A DNA stretch of 64,000 nt from Bacteroidota bacterium (GTDB lineage: Bacteria; Bacteroidota; Bacteroidia; Bacteroidales; VadinHA17), in contig JADFQJ010000003.1 in NCBI GenBank assembly GCA_022561875.1, positions 56,397-120,396 of the forward strand, written 5' to 3'. Below are positions 45,305 through 54,610 of the stretch, one piece after another; the first letter of the stretch is position 1, and each line of letters begins with the position of its first letter. Below the pieces are notes generated by a model. That model ran no database searches. It was given only the letters and a program-made list of their open reading frames with translations, and was not told where the DNA came from. A program made the position numbers and the translations under genes.

Positions 45305-45418
45305 ATTTTTTCGCGTGGCAAAAATAAGTGCTTTTATTAAATTATACAATTATATTTGCAAAAAAACGAGCGCTATTATTTTGTATAGCAATAAAAATTT
45401 AGTAACAAAGAACTTTAT

Positions 45419-46402
45419 ATGAAGAAAATACTTGGTATGGGTAATGCCCTTGTTGATATATTAATAAAACTGGAAAATGACAATGTGTTGGCAACCTATG
45501 ACCTTCCAAAAGGAAGTATGCAACTGGTAGACAGGTTGAAGTCAGAAAGAATATTGGCAGGAACAGAGGATCTTGATAAAACAATTGCCTCAGGCGGGTC
45601 GGCTGCGAATACAATTCACGGATTAGCGGCTTTAGGCGTTGGCACCGGATTTCTTGGTACAATAGGCAAAGATCATTGGGGAGAACTGTTTAAGCAGGAT
45701 ATTGAGAATAATAACATCGAGCCAAAGCTTATATACAGCAACACAGAGTCGGGAAGAGCAATTGCGCTGGTATCAAAAGATTCGGAACGTACTTTCGCAA
45801 CATTTCTGGGTGCGGCTGTGGAGTTATCGGCAGATAATATTGACGAAAAAGTTTTCCGGGGGTATGACTATCTTCATATAGAGGGGTATCTTGTACAGAA
45901 TAAGGATCTGATAAGAAAAGCGGTTACTCTGGCAAAAAAGCTTGGTTTGAAAGTATCGCTTGACCTTGCAAGTTATAATGTAGTAGAGGATAATATTGAT
46001 ATGCTCAGGGAGCTTGTAAGAAACCGCGTGGATATCTTGTTTGCGAATGAGGAAGAGGCGAAAATTTTTACCGGTAAAGAACCCGGAGCGGCAATATTTG
46101 ATATTGCAGAAGATGTGGAAATTGCAGTTGTAAAGCTGGGAGAGAACGGATCGATTATTAAAAGAGGGAATGAATTTACTGAAATTGGTGTTATAAAGGC
46201 TGATAGTATTGATACTACCGGCGCAGGTGATCTATATGCATCGGGCTTTCTGTATGGTTTAATAAACGGAATGACATTAAAGCGCTCAGGCGAAATTGGT
46301 GCATTACTTTCAGGGAAAGTTATTGAAATTATCGGACCGAAACCGGATCGGAACAAATGGGAAGAAATCAGGAAATTGATCAAATCAGGTCAGATTCTTT
46401 GA
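45419..46402 (+). CDS. PfkB-family kinase, probably adenosine kinase
   Basis: GNALVDIL N-terminus, GGSAANT, and the C-terminal DTTGAGDLYASGFLYG motif. Confidence 0.75.
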   Translation: MKKILGMGNALVDILIKLENDNVLATYDLPKGSMQLVDRLKSERILAGTEDLDKTIASGGSAANTIHGLAALGVGTGFLGTIGKDHWGELFKQDIENNNIEPKLIYSNTESGRAIALVSKDSERTFATFLGAAVELSADNIDEKVFRGYDYLHIEGYLVQNKDLIRKAVTLAKKLGLKVSLDLASYNVVEDNIDMLRELVRNRVDILFANEEEAKIFTGKEPGAAIFDIAEDVEIAVVKLGENGSIIKRGNEFTEIGVIKADSIDTTGAGDLYASGFLYGLINGMTLKRSGEIGALLSGKVIEIIGPKPDRNKWEEIRKLIKSGQIL

Positions 46403-47012
46403 ATAATCCGTGAATTTCAGCGTTGATTTTATCAATTACCTCACGCAAATGCCCCGTATTATTGGGGAAATTGTAATCATCAGCTTCAACGATCAATAAT
46501 TTCCCGAGGTTATAACCATTGATCCATGCCTCATACCTTTCATTCAACCGTTTAAGGTAATCGATACGTATAGAAGTTTCATATTTACGGCCTCTTTTCT
46601 GAATCCGGTTCACCAGCGTTGGAACTGATGCCCTGAGGTATAAAAGCAGATCTGGCGGCTTGACAAGAGAACTCATCAGGTTAAACAGGGTAGAATAATT
46701 TTCGAAATCCCGTGTGGACATTAAGCCCATTGCATGCAGGTTTGGGGCAAAAATGTATGCATCTTCATAAATAGTACGGTCCTGGATAATTGTCTTCCCT
46801 GATTTGTGGATTTCAAGTATCTGATTAAACCTGCTATTTAGAAAATAAATTTGAAGGTTGAAAGACCATCGTTGCATATCTTCATAAAAATCATTAAGAT
46901 ATGGGTTTTCATCTACATCTTCATAGTGAGCTTCCCATCTATAATGCCTGGCAAGCAAACCTGCGATTGTTGTTTTTCCTGAACCGATATTTCCGGCTAC
47001 GGCTATATGCAT
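46380..47012 (-). CDS. deoxynucleoside kinase
   Basis: P-loop AGNIGSGKTT, ENPYL..FY, DRTIYED. 210 aa. Confidence 0.85.
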   Translation of the reverse strand: MHIAVAGNIGSGKTTIAGLLARHYRWEAHYEDVDENPYLNDFYEDMQRWSFNLQIYFLNSRFNQILEIHKSGKTIIQDRTIYEDAYIFAPNLHAMGLMSTRDFENYSTLFNLMSSLVKPPDLLLYLRASVPTLVNRIQKRGRKYETSIRIDYLKRLNERYEAWINGYNLGKLLIVEADDYNFPNNTGHLREVIDKINAEIHGLFKESDLI

Positions 47013-47041
47013 ATTTTTTCTGTTTTTAGTAATTAACCTAA

Positions 47042-47200
47042 GTTGCCAGTTACTGGTTGCTGGTTGCTTGTTTGTTGAATATCAGATAGTTAGAAAAATG
47101 GTTAATCTTTGAATTAAACATACAATGATTTTATAAACAATTGAATTATAGTATATTAACCAGTAACTAGTAACGAGCAACTAGCAACTTGAATTAATTA
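47042..47200. repeat. inverted pair of heptad arrays around an AT-rich spacer, plus a 35-nt module shared with 58945-58980
   Basis: GTTGCCA GTTACTG GTTGCTG GTTGCTT GTTTGTT at 47042-47076. CAGTAAC TAGTAAC GAGCAAC TAGCAAC at 47161-47188. The module at 47165-47200 matches 58945-58980 with 2 mismatches over the 35 nt after the first base. Confidence 0.85.
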
Positions 47201-47295
47201 GACGAAGGCTAAAAGTATAAATTATTACCAGAATATACCAGAATGAGATTTATTCTTGTGTAACTATTTAGCGCCTTATGTTTGAAATGCCTAAT

Positions 47296-47374
47296 AAAAT
47301 AAGTGCCTAAAGCGCCTAAAGTTTAAAGTGCTTAAAATTCAAAAGGCATAGAATGCTAAAATGCTAAAATATCT
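47296..47374. repeat. TGCCTAAA words and GAATGCTA/AAATGCTA octads
   Basis: AATGCCTAATAAAATAAGTGCCTAAAGCGCCTAAAGTTTAAAGTGCTTAAAA...GAATGCTA AAATGCTA AAATATCT. Confidence 0.8.
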
Positions 47375-47387
47375 ACAATGTTTAAAG

Positions 47388-48923
47388 TTAGGGCTGTTTC
47401 CCCTGCTTTATTTGCTCATTAATCACCAGTAACTCTTCAACATATTTTCTTTCATTTGAAAGACGGGGGATTTTATTTTGTCCACCCAGTTTCTTTTTGT
47501 TATTAAACCAATTATAAAATACCCCGGGTTCCATTTTCCTTATAATGGGTTTATCGAGTGTGATATTTTTATAACGTTTTGCCTCATAGTCGGAATTTAA
47601 CGAAATAAGAGCATTATCTAATACTGATATAAAGTACTCAAGATTTTCCGGGTCGGTTTCAAATTCAATTAACCATTCGTGCTTACCCTTTTTTTCGATA
47701 TCCATATAGATAGGCGCTGCAGTAAACTCACTAATTTGGGCGCCTGTTTTATTGCAGGTAATTTCAAGAGCTTTCAAGGCATTGTCAATGATCACCTCTT
47801 CGCCGAAAGCATTAATAAAGTGTGTAGTGCGGCCGGAGATTTTAAACTTATGGGGATATAATGAAGTGAAAATAACGGTATCGCCGATCACATATCTCCA
47901 TAATCCCCCGTTTGTTGATATTATGATAGCATAATTCTTATTCTTTTCCACATCGGCAACAGTAAGGATCTTTGGATTTTTATTATTAAACTCTTCCATG
48001 GGAATAAATTCATAAAAGACACCATAATCAAGCATCAGTAGCATATCGTCGCAAGAGAGATCATCCTGTATTCCGAAAAACCCTTCAGATGCATTGTATG
48101 TTTCCATATAATTCATTTTTTCTGAAGGTATCAGTTTTTCAAATTGTTTCCGGTAAGGTGTGAAATTTACCCCTCCATGTATGAAAAGTTCAAGATTAGG
48201 CCAAATCTCCAGGAGGTTCTTTTTCCCGGTGCGTTTTAAAATGTATTTGATCATAACCAGGTTCCACGAAGGAACCCCGGCCAGGTTTGTAACGTTTTCG
48301 ACAATAGTAGCCTCTGTAATTTTCTCAAGTTTTTCTTCCCACTCATCCAACAGTGCAATTTTATTGTGCGGGGTTCTCAGGAAATTTGCCCAGAAAGGAA
48401 TGTTTTCGATTAGTATGGCAGACAAATCGCCATAATAAGATTGATTACTGTAATTATTGATCCGGTGACTACCCCCAAGAGTTAATGCCTTTCCTGTAAA
48501 AATTTTTGTTTCAGGAAAGTTTGATGTATAAATAGCAAGAGCATCTTTGACTCCTCTGAAATGACATTCCTCAAGAGCCTCCTTACTAACAGGAATAAAT
48601 TTACTTCTGTCACTCGCTGTACCTGAAGTTTTAGCGAACCATTTTATTTCACCGGGCCAGAAAATATCTTTTTCTCCTTTACGTAACCTGTTAACAAAAG
48701 GCATGATTTTTTCATAGCTAAGCAAAGGTACCCGTTCCTGAAACAGGTCAATAGTGTTTATTGATTTGTAATCATATTTCTTTCCCCATTCTGTATCAGA
48801 AGCCGCCTGGAGGATTTTTAAAAGCGCCTCTTCCTGAACTTCAAATGGATATTTCTTGAAAAGCTCGATTTGATGAAGCCTTTTGGTGTTTAACCAGGCA
48901 ACTATGGAATTGATCAGAGGCAT
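47388..48923 (-). CDS. GH3 (auxin-responsive promoter) family adenylating enzyme
   Basis: 511 aa with FAKTSGTASDRSKFIP and YNASEGFFG motifs typical of bacterial GH3 homologs. Confidence 0.75.
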   Translation of the reverse strand: MPLINSIVAWLNTKRLHQIELFKKYPFEVQEEALLKILQAASDTEWGKKYDYKSINTIDLFQERVPLLSYEKIMPFVNRLRKGEKDIFWPGEIKWFAKTSGTASDRSKFIPVSKEALEECHFRGVKDALAIYTSNFPETKIFTGKALTLGGSHRINNYSNQSYYGDLSAILIENIPFWANFLRTPHNKIALLDEWEEKLEKITEATIVENVTNLAGVPSWNLVMIKYILKRTGKKNLLEIWPNLELFIHGGVNFTPYRKQFEKLIPSEKMNYMETYNASEGFFGIQDDLSCDDMLLMLDYGVFYEFIPMEEFNNKNPKILTVADVEKNKNYAIIISTNGGLWRYVIGDTVIFTSLYPHKFKISGRTTHFINAFGEEVIIDNALKALEITCNKTGAQISEFTAAPIYMDIEKKGKHEWLIEFETDPENLEYFISVLDNALISLNSDYEAKRYKNITLDKPIIRKMEPGVFYNWFNNKKKLGGQNKIPRLSNERKYVEELLVINEQIKQGKQP

Positions 48924-49079
48924 TTTGTAACTGTTATAACTTCGTTTAAGGTAACAATTTTAGTTCTTCAAAGTTAAGGATTATTATTTTCTGAGAGAAC
49001 GATTTCTGTTGTATAAATTCTTATTCAGCGCCAATTGTCTGTTTAGTTAAACTTAGAAACCTGCTTTCCCATCTGGCGC

Positions 49080-49811
49080 CTATTCCTCGTGAAAAACCTC
49101 CTTCATTATTTGAAAAGACCTGATTTCTCCATAAAAAGAATGATGGAGCTTATAAAAATCCAGTATTCCGGCCAGCAGGTTTGTTCTTGAAGCTGAATTT
49201 AGTTTCAATGAATTTATTTCCTCAAAACCGGTGTTTTGTATCTTATTAAACAATCTGCTCTCTTTAAGATTAAGATAATGCATATGATTTGGAACTGCCG
49301 GAACATACCCCCCGTTTTTTAAATCCAGAATGGGTGTCTGTTCCGAGAAATTATCATTTGGATAAAAGCCAAGATATTTAGTGAGCTGGATTAGAAATAA
49401 TAAATGGAAATTTGAAACACCTTCTTTTATTATGTCAAGGTAATGGATAGAGTTTAATAAATATTCAAAGAGGTTTTTGTTACCCGCTTCTTCAAGCAGG
49501 GTCCGGTAAAGCACTTCGCCAAGAAAAATGGCAATAGTACTTTTTCTTATATCATATGGTATGGAAACAAAGGGTATAATATTCTTGTATTCTTTAATGA
49601 TTTGAAGTTCTCTTTTAGGGTTATAATAAATTTCAAGCTCGAGAGCATAAAGAGATTGGAAAAGATTTACTTTGATATGCGATTTTTTTCTCCTGGCTCC
49701 TCTTGCAAGGAAGACCTGACGACCTGATATCTCAGTATAAATATATACTATTACGCTGGAATCAGAATATTTGATATGGTGAAGAACAATCCCCCGTGTT
49801 TTCTGAAGCAT
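49080..49811 (-). CDS. recO: DNA repair protein RecO
   Basis: MLQKTRGIVLHHIKYSDSSVIVYIYTE... OB-fold N-terminus. 243 aa. Confidence 0.8.
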   Translation of the reverse strand: MLQKTRGIVLHHIKYSDSSVIVYIYTEISGRQVFLARGARRKKSHIKVNLFQSLYALELEIYYNPKRELQIIKEYKNIIPFVSIPYDIRKSTIAIFLGEVLYRTLLEEAGNKNLFEYLLNSIHYLDIIKEGVSNFHLLFLIQLTKYLGFYPNDNFSEQTPILDLKNGGYVPAVPNHMHYLNLKESRLFNKIQNTGFEEINSLKLNSASRTNLLAGILDFYKLHHSFYGEIRSFQIMKEVFHEE

Positions 49812-49965
49812 TTATTACTTTTTTTTACTAAGATACACACAATTCAGATACATTTAATTACCTTTTAGGGATATCCATGGAAACCTGGAAAAATATATAT
49901 ATTTTTATGTATCTAAATAAATTTTAAGACTCACTCTAAGTAATAAAGTTTCAAAACAATAACCA

Positions 49966-51372
49966 ATGACTAATAGTAGAGAAAAAGAATTAGTAAAAAG
50001 AATTGCAAAACTTGCCAAACAAAACCGGGAGTTGGAGGAACTGGTAAGGAAACTGCAAAGGAAAAACGAAAAACTTATCCGGGATAATGAAAAAATAAAA
50101 GCTGTCCTGGAAAATTTATCACCTGGTAAGCTTGATAAAGAATTATATATAGAACAGAAACCCAGATCTCTTAAATTTGAGATGGCAACAGTTTTATTTG
50201 CTGATATTCATGGGTTCTCGAAAATTTCGGATAAGGTTGATTCTGAAGCATTGATGGATGAACTTGATGAAATATTTTTCGCCTTCAATGCTATTGTAAA
50301 AAAATATAATATTGAAAAAATAAAAACCATTGGTGATACATATATGTGTTCCGGTGGTATACCCGTGAAGAATATTACCAACCCTGTAGATGTCGTTATG
50401 GCTGCCATTGAAATGCAAAGTTTTTTACGGGCATTTGATAAAAATGGGGAGGAAAAATCAGGTAAATTCTGGGAACTGAAACTCGGAATCCATACAGGTC
50501 CGGTAACAGCACAATCATCAGGAAAAAAGAAAGTTACTTATGACATTAAGGGTGATACGGTAAATACTGCAAGCCGGATTGAATCAGTTGTTGAAGTCGG
50601 GGAGATAATAATATCGGTGATGACATATGAACTTGTAAAAGAATTTTTTGTTTGTGAATATTATGGAAAATTGCCGGTCAAATACAAGGATGACCTGGAA
50701 ATGTATATTATAGAAGGTATTAAACCGGAGCTTTCGGTTGACGGGAAAGGTTTATTGCCAAATAAAACATTTGATATCAGATTCGGGCTGATACAATTTA
50801 CAGATATGCAGGAGGTTATTCTTGACAAACTGGAAGAAGAACTTCCGGGAAAACTGTATTATCATAATGTTAAACATACTGTCGACATAGTTACTGAAGT
50901 GGAACTGATTGGTTGGGGTGAAGGCATAAGTGACGAAGAGATCCTGTTGATAAAAACAGCCGGACTTTTTCATGATGTAGGGCATGTTGTTCAATATGCT
51001 GATCATGAATATCATGGCACATTGATTGCCCGGGAGATGCTCCCAAAATATAACTATTCTGAAAAACAGATCGATAGAATATGTGACGTTATTATGTCAA
51101 CAAAACTTCCACCTAAGCCAAAAGATCTGCTCCAGTCAATTATATGTGATGCGGATCTTGATTACCTGGGAAGGAGCGATTTTATTCCGGTTTCAAACAC
51201 ATTGTTTAAAGAGCTTAAAGAACAGAATATGATTGGAACACTTAATGACTGGAATAAATTACAGGTGAAATTCATTACCGGGCATCAGTATTTTACCAAA
51301 ACGGCAAGAAACCTGAGGGAAGTAAATAAACAGAAGCAAATTGAGAGGATCTCAAGTTTGATAGAAGATTAA
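49966..51372 (+). CDS. class III adenylate cyclase fused to a C-terminal HD-domain phosphohydrolase (soluble, coiled-coil N-terminus)
   Basis: Cyclase motifs VLFADIHGFS, IKTIGDTYMC and YDIKGDTVNTASRIES. HD motifs HNVKHTVDIV, GLFHDVGH and CDADLDYLG. Confidence 0.8.
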   Translation: MTNSREKELVKRIAKLAKQNRELEELVRKLQRKNEKLIRDNEKIKAVLENLSPGKLDKELYIEQKPRSLKFEMATVLFADIHGFSKISDKVDSEALMDELDEIFFAFNAIVKKYNIEKIKTIGDTYMCSGGIPVKNITNPVDVVMAAIEMQSFLRAFDKNGEEKSGKFWELKLGIHTGPVTAQSSGKKKVTYDIKGDTVNTASRIESVVEVGEIIISVMTYELVKEFFVCEYYGKLPVKYKDDLEMYIIEGIKPELSVDGKGLLPNKTFDIRFGLIQFTDMQEVILDKLEEELPGKLYYHNVKHTVDIVTEVELIGWGEGISDEEILLIKTAGLFHDVGHVVQYADHEYHGTLIAREMLPKYNYSEKQIDRICDVIMSTKLPPKPKDLLQSIICDADLDYLGRSDFIPVSNTLFKELKEQNMIGTLNDWNKLQVKFITGHQYFTKTARNLREVNKQKQIERISSLIED

Positions 51373-51375
51373 CAA

Positions 51376-51439
51376 GTTGGCAATTGGCAAAAAGCAGTTG
51401 GCAAATAATAGTCCACTGTTAATATCACATTTGCCAACT
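51376..51439. repeat. GTTGGCA heptad array forming a perfect 11-bp hairpin between convergent genes (possible bidirectional terminator)
   Basis: GTTGGCA ATTGGCA AAAAGCA GTTGGCA AATAATA. AGTTGGCAAAT at 51396-51406 pairs with ATTTGCCAACT at 51429-51439. Confidence 0.8.
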
Positions 51440-51477
51440 ATTCGTCAACCGTCAAAATCAAGTTAACACGGCGCTGG

Positions 51478-53775
51478 CTAATGTATAAATAATAGCTTTG
51501 TAACATGAGTCTCCGTGCCATCTTCGTTTGAACAGAAGACAAGATAAACCCCGGTTTGCACCCTTTTACCATTTAAGTTTTTCCCATCCCAAATTGCCTG
51601 ACCTCCCAAAGCTGTAGTTTCAAAAACCAGGTTGCCGCTAATATCCGTAATCTTAACATTTACATTTGGTACAAGCCTTGAAATGGTTATAGGACCATTG
51701 TAATTTTCACGTACCGGATTTGGGAAAACATAAACCTCATTGAAATCATCCCTGCCTGAGGTTGAAGTACTTCTGAACGAGATTACTCCTTTATCCGTTC
51801 CGAAAAACACTTCACCGGTTTTATGATCGAGGGCAATTGAAGTAATTCGGTTTGAAAGTAAGGGACTGTTATTGCTGTTGAAGTTATAAATTTGTTTTGT
51901 GCCATCTTCAGAAAGCAGAAATACTCCGGCATTTTCTGTGCCGATCCATTTCCGGTTTGCACCGTCAACTTCAATAGCTGTTATGGTTTCTGTTCCAAGC
52001 ACATAGTCGGCAAGCCCGCTGCCATCATCACGGGGAATTTTTATTCGTTGTGCTTCAAAGGAGTTTTCAGAAAAGACATTTTCAGGAGAATAATATACCA
52101 GAGGCCCGTGGTCAGTGCCTACCCAGATATTACCATCTATATCTTCAGCTAATGAAAAAATATTATTAAAACTTTCTCCTTCAGTATCTTTTACTGAGAA
52201 TTTCCGCCAGTCATCATCATTTGTGTTTTCAAAAGTTCCTTTTTCATCAAAAGCAAACAGACCGTTTCCTTTTGGTAGTATAATCCATTTATGCCCATAT
52301 TCGGTTATTAGAATATTCCCCTGAAAGGACGAATTAATGTGGTTGCCGTAAGGAAAACTTATCCAGTCACCCTTGCTTGTCATAACAGAAACAGGGTTAT
52401 TGACACCTGAATTTGTTATCCAAAGATTATGATCTTTGTCAAATCCCATACCTCCTATTCTTACATACGGTTCCCCCGGAATCATGCTCTCCAGGCTCGA
52501 ATTCGACTCGGAATACTGGTCAATAATCTCACCATTTTCATAAACGAGAAGTCCGTTCCCCCAGGTACCGACGTATAACCGGGCACTGTTTGCCGGATCG
52601 ACAAGAATATTAACTGCATCGTGAACAGAGTAATTGAGGATACTTTCCCATTGTTCGTTCTGAAAAACAAATATTTCTCCATTTTTATATATACCGCTCC
52701 ATGAAGCATCAATGCCGCCACCAGCAACACAAACGGTACCATTGTCTGCCGCCACGTCAAATGCACCGGTAGTATAAGGACCATTCGGGAAAATTCCATC
52801 GAAAAATTCACCCCTGCTTTTAACCAAACCAGAGTTTTGGTCTGCTATCCAAATTGTTCCATCCATATCTATAATAGCATCCATTGCGGAAGGCTCACCG
52901 TAGCCGTAATGGTCAATTTCACGGGTCAGATTCAATTCATCATCGAATATTCTTACAATCTTATCGCTCGAAATGACCAGATAACCGGGGCAGGACCTGA
53001 GAGAATAATTTTTTGTTCCGGGTTTAAAGTTAAACAGTAGCCGGTTTGTGGTATTTAATATAAAAATTGAGTCGGTATCTGAATTGGCATTAGTTTGATT
53101 TATGAAAATATTATTACGGAAACTGACTATTTGATTATAAACATTACCATTGAATGTTTTACTGATGTTTTCCCAGGTTGCATAAAAGAAGAGACCGGGA
53201 TCGCCATACGGAGCACGAAAAACCCCCTGTTCAGTTACTGCATATAAATAGGTTCCATCAAAGGCCATATCAAAAACATTTATCCGGGCGCCTTCATTTC
53301 CAATATAATAAGTATCTTTTATCTCCTGCTTATCCAGATCTACCACAACAATTCCAAAACCGCAGGATAAGTAGGCATATTCACCGGCAAAAAGAATATT
53401 ATTGATAATCTTAAGGCCGGGAAGTTGTTTTCTTTTTATGTCTGACAGGTTAACGATTTTGTCGTCCTTAACAATATCAAGATTTGAGTTTTCATAGGCG
53501 ATAAGAAGCAGGTTTAACTCACCTGAGAAATTAATAGAACTGATGCCAATATCCGATAATCCTTCCACCCTGGATAATTTATTTATATAATTTCCCGGTT
53601 TGTTATAGATAAATACAGACTGTCTGGTTGCACAGAAAATATTGTTTTCAGAGGAAGCAACCTTTTTTGCATGCATATAGGGAAGATGGTCTCTCCATTC
53701 TCCAATTGCTATCTGACTTTTGATAAACATAAAAGGGAGTAGCAGAAAGACTGAAGATATAATGATTTTTACCAC
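51478..53775 (-). CDS. two-component-regulator-propeller protein with a T9SS C-terminal sorting domain (PorZ-like)
   Basis: Signal peptide, about 650 aa of beta-propeller-type repeats (NIWVGTDHGPLVY, KWIGTENAGVFLL) and a CTD (VYVFPNPVREN...VKITDISGNLV...WDGKNLNGKRVQTGVYLV). The PorZ assignment is tentative. Confidence 0.6.
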   Translation of the reverse strand: MVKIIISSVFLLLPFMFIKSQIAIGEWRDHLPYMHAKKVASSENNIFCATRQSVFIYNKPGNYINKLSRVEGLSDIGISSINFSGELNLLLIAYENSNLDIVKDDKIVNLSDIKRKQLPGLKIINNILFAGEYAYLSCGFGIVVVDLDKQEIKDTYYIGNEGARINVFDMAFDGTYLYAVTEQGVFRAPYGDPGLFFYATWENISKTFNGNVYNQIVSFRNNIFINQTNANSDTDSIFILNTTNRLLFNFKPGTKNYSLRSCPGYLVISSDKIVRIFDDELNLTREIDHYGYGEPSAMDAIIDMDGTIWIADQNSGLVKSRGEFFDGIFPNGPYTTGAFDVAADNGTVCVAGGGIDASWSGIYKNGEIFVFQNEQWESILNYSVHDAVNILVDPANSARLYVGTWGNGLLVYENGEIIDQYSESNSSLESMIPGEPYVRIGGMGFDKDHNLWITNSGVNNPVSVMTSKGDWISFPYGNHINSSFQGNILITEYGHKWIILPKGNGLFAFDEKGTFENTNDDDWRKFSVKDTEGESFNNIFSLAEDIDGNIWVGTDHGPLVYYSPENVFSENSFEAQRIKIPRDDGSGLADYVLGTETITAIEVDGANRKWIGTENAGVFLLSEDGTKQIYNFNSNNSPLLSNRITSIALDHKTGEVFFGTDKGVISFRSTSTSGRDDFNEVYVFPNPVRENYNGPITISRLVPNVNVKITDISGNLVFETTALGGQAIWDGKNLNGKRVQTGVYLVFCSNEDGTETHVTKLLFIH

Positions 53776-53820
53776 AGCGTCCGGGAATAAGGTCTTTATT
53801 GATAAAAAACAGGGGAAGAA

Positions 53821-54414
53821 CTAATTTATTGTATAAATACCTTTTTTTAAAAAACCAATAAGCTTATTAAACGCAATAGCCCTGTGTGAGATCAGATTTT
53901 TTTGCTTAAGCTCCATTTCAGCAAAGGTTTTTGTATATCCTGAAGGTTGGAACAGGGGATCATATCCGAATCCTTTTTTCCCTCGTAATAATTTCAATAT
54001 TTTTCCTTCAACGGTTCCTTCAAAAGAGAATTCTTTACCATTAACTATCAGCGTAATTATTGTACGAAATCTCGCTTTTCTGTTACTTGTATACTTAAGT
54101 TCATGAATAACCCGCTTAATATTGGCTTCAGGATCTTTGTCCGGACCGGCATACCTTGCTGAAAGGACTCCGGGCTTTCCCCCTAATGCATCAATTTCAA
54201 GACCGGTATCATCAGCGAAAACATCTCTGTTAAAATGCCCGTAAATAAAATTTGCTTTTTGGGATGCGTTTTTTTCAAGAGTATCTCCTGTTTCAGGAAT
54301 ATCTCCTGAGAAATTCATGTCCTTCAGACTGTAAAGTTTAAAACCGTCTCCAAGCAGGTCTTGAATCTCCCTTAGTTTATCAGGATTGTTTGTGGCAAAG
54401 ATCAATTCTTTCAT
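53821..54414 (-). CDS. rdgB: non-canonical purine NTP pyrophosphatase (RdgB/HAM1)
   Basis: MKELIFATNNPDKLREI..., FGYDPLF, SHRAIA. Start moved to ATG 54412-54414. Confidence 0.9.
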   Translation of the reverse strand: MKELIFATNNPDKLREIQDLLGDGFKLYSLKDMNFSGDIPETGDTLEKNASQKANFIYGHFNRDVFADDTGLEIDALGGKPGVLSARYAGPDKDPEANIKRVIHELKYTSNRKARFRTIITLIVNGKEFSFEGTVEGKILKLLRGKKGFGYDPLFQPSGYTKTFAEMELKQKNLISHRAIAFNKLIGFLKKGIYTIN

Positions 54415-54522
54415 AAATAAAAAGGCAAAAGTATAATGTCGAAAGCTCACAGGATGTACATCTGCCATTTGCCATCATTTGGCTCTCAGACTTTATGCTT
54501 ATTATTCCAACTACTATTACAT

Positions 54523-54606
54523 GTTACGGGTTACGAGTTCAGGTCTTTGAACCTTTAACTCTTCTCTTCCCTTTTGCCATTTGCCATCTGCCTTTTGCCT
54601 TACTTT
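54523..54606. repeat. GTTACGG/GTTACGA heptads, TTTGAACCTTTAACT module and TTTGCCA heptads
   Basis: The module order matches 33412-33470. TTTGCCA TTTGCCA TCTGCCT TTTGCCT at 54573-54600. Confidence 0.85.
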
Positions 54607-54610
54607 TCAT

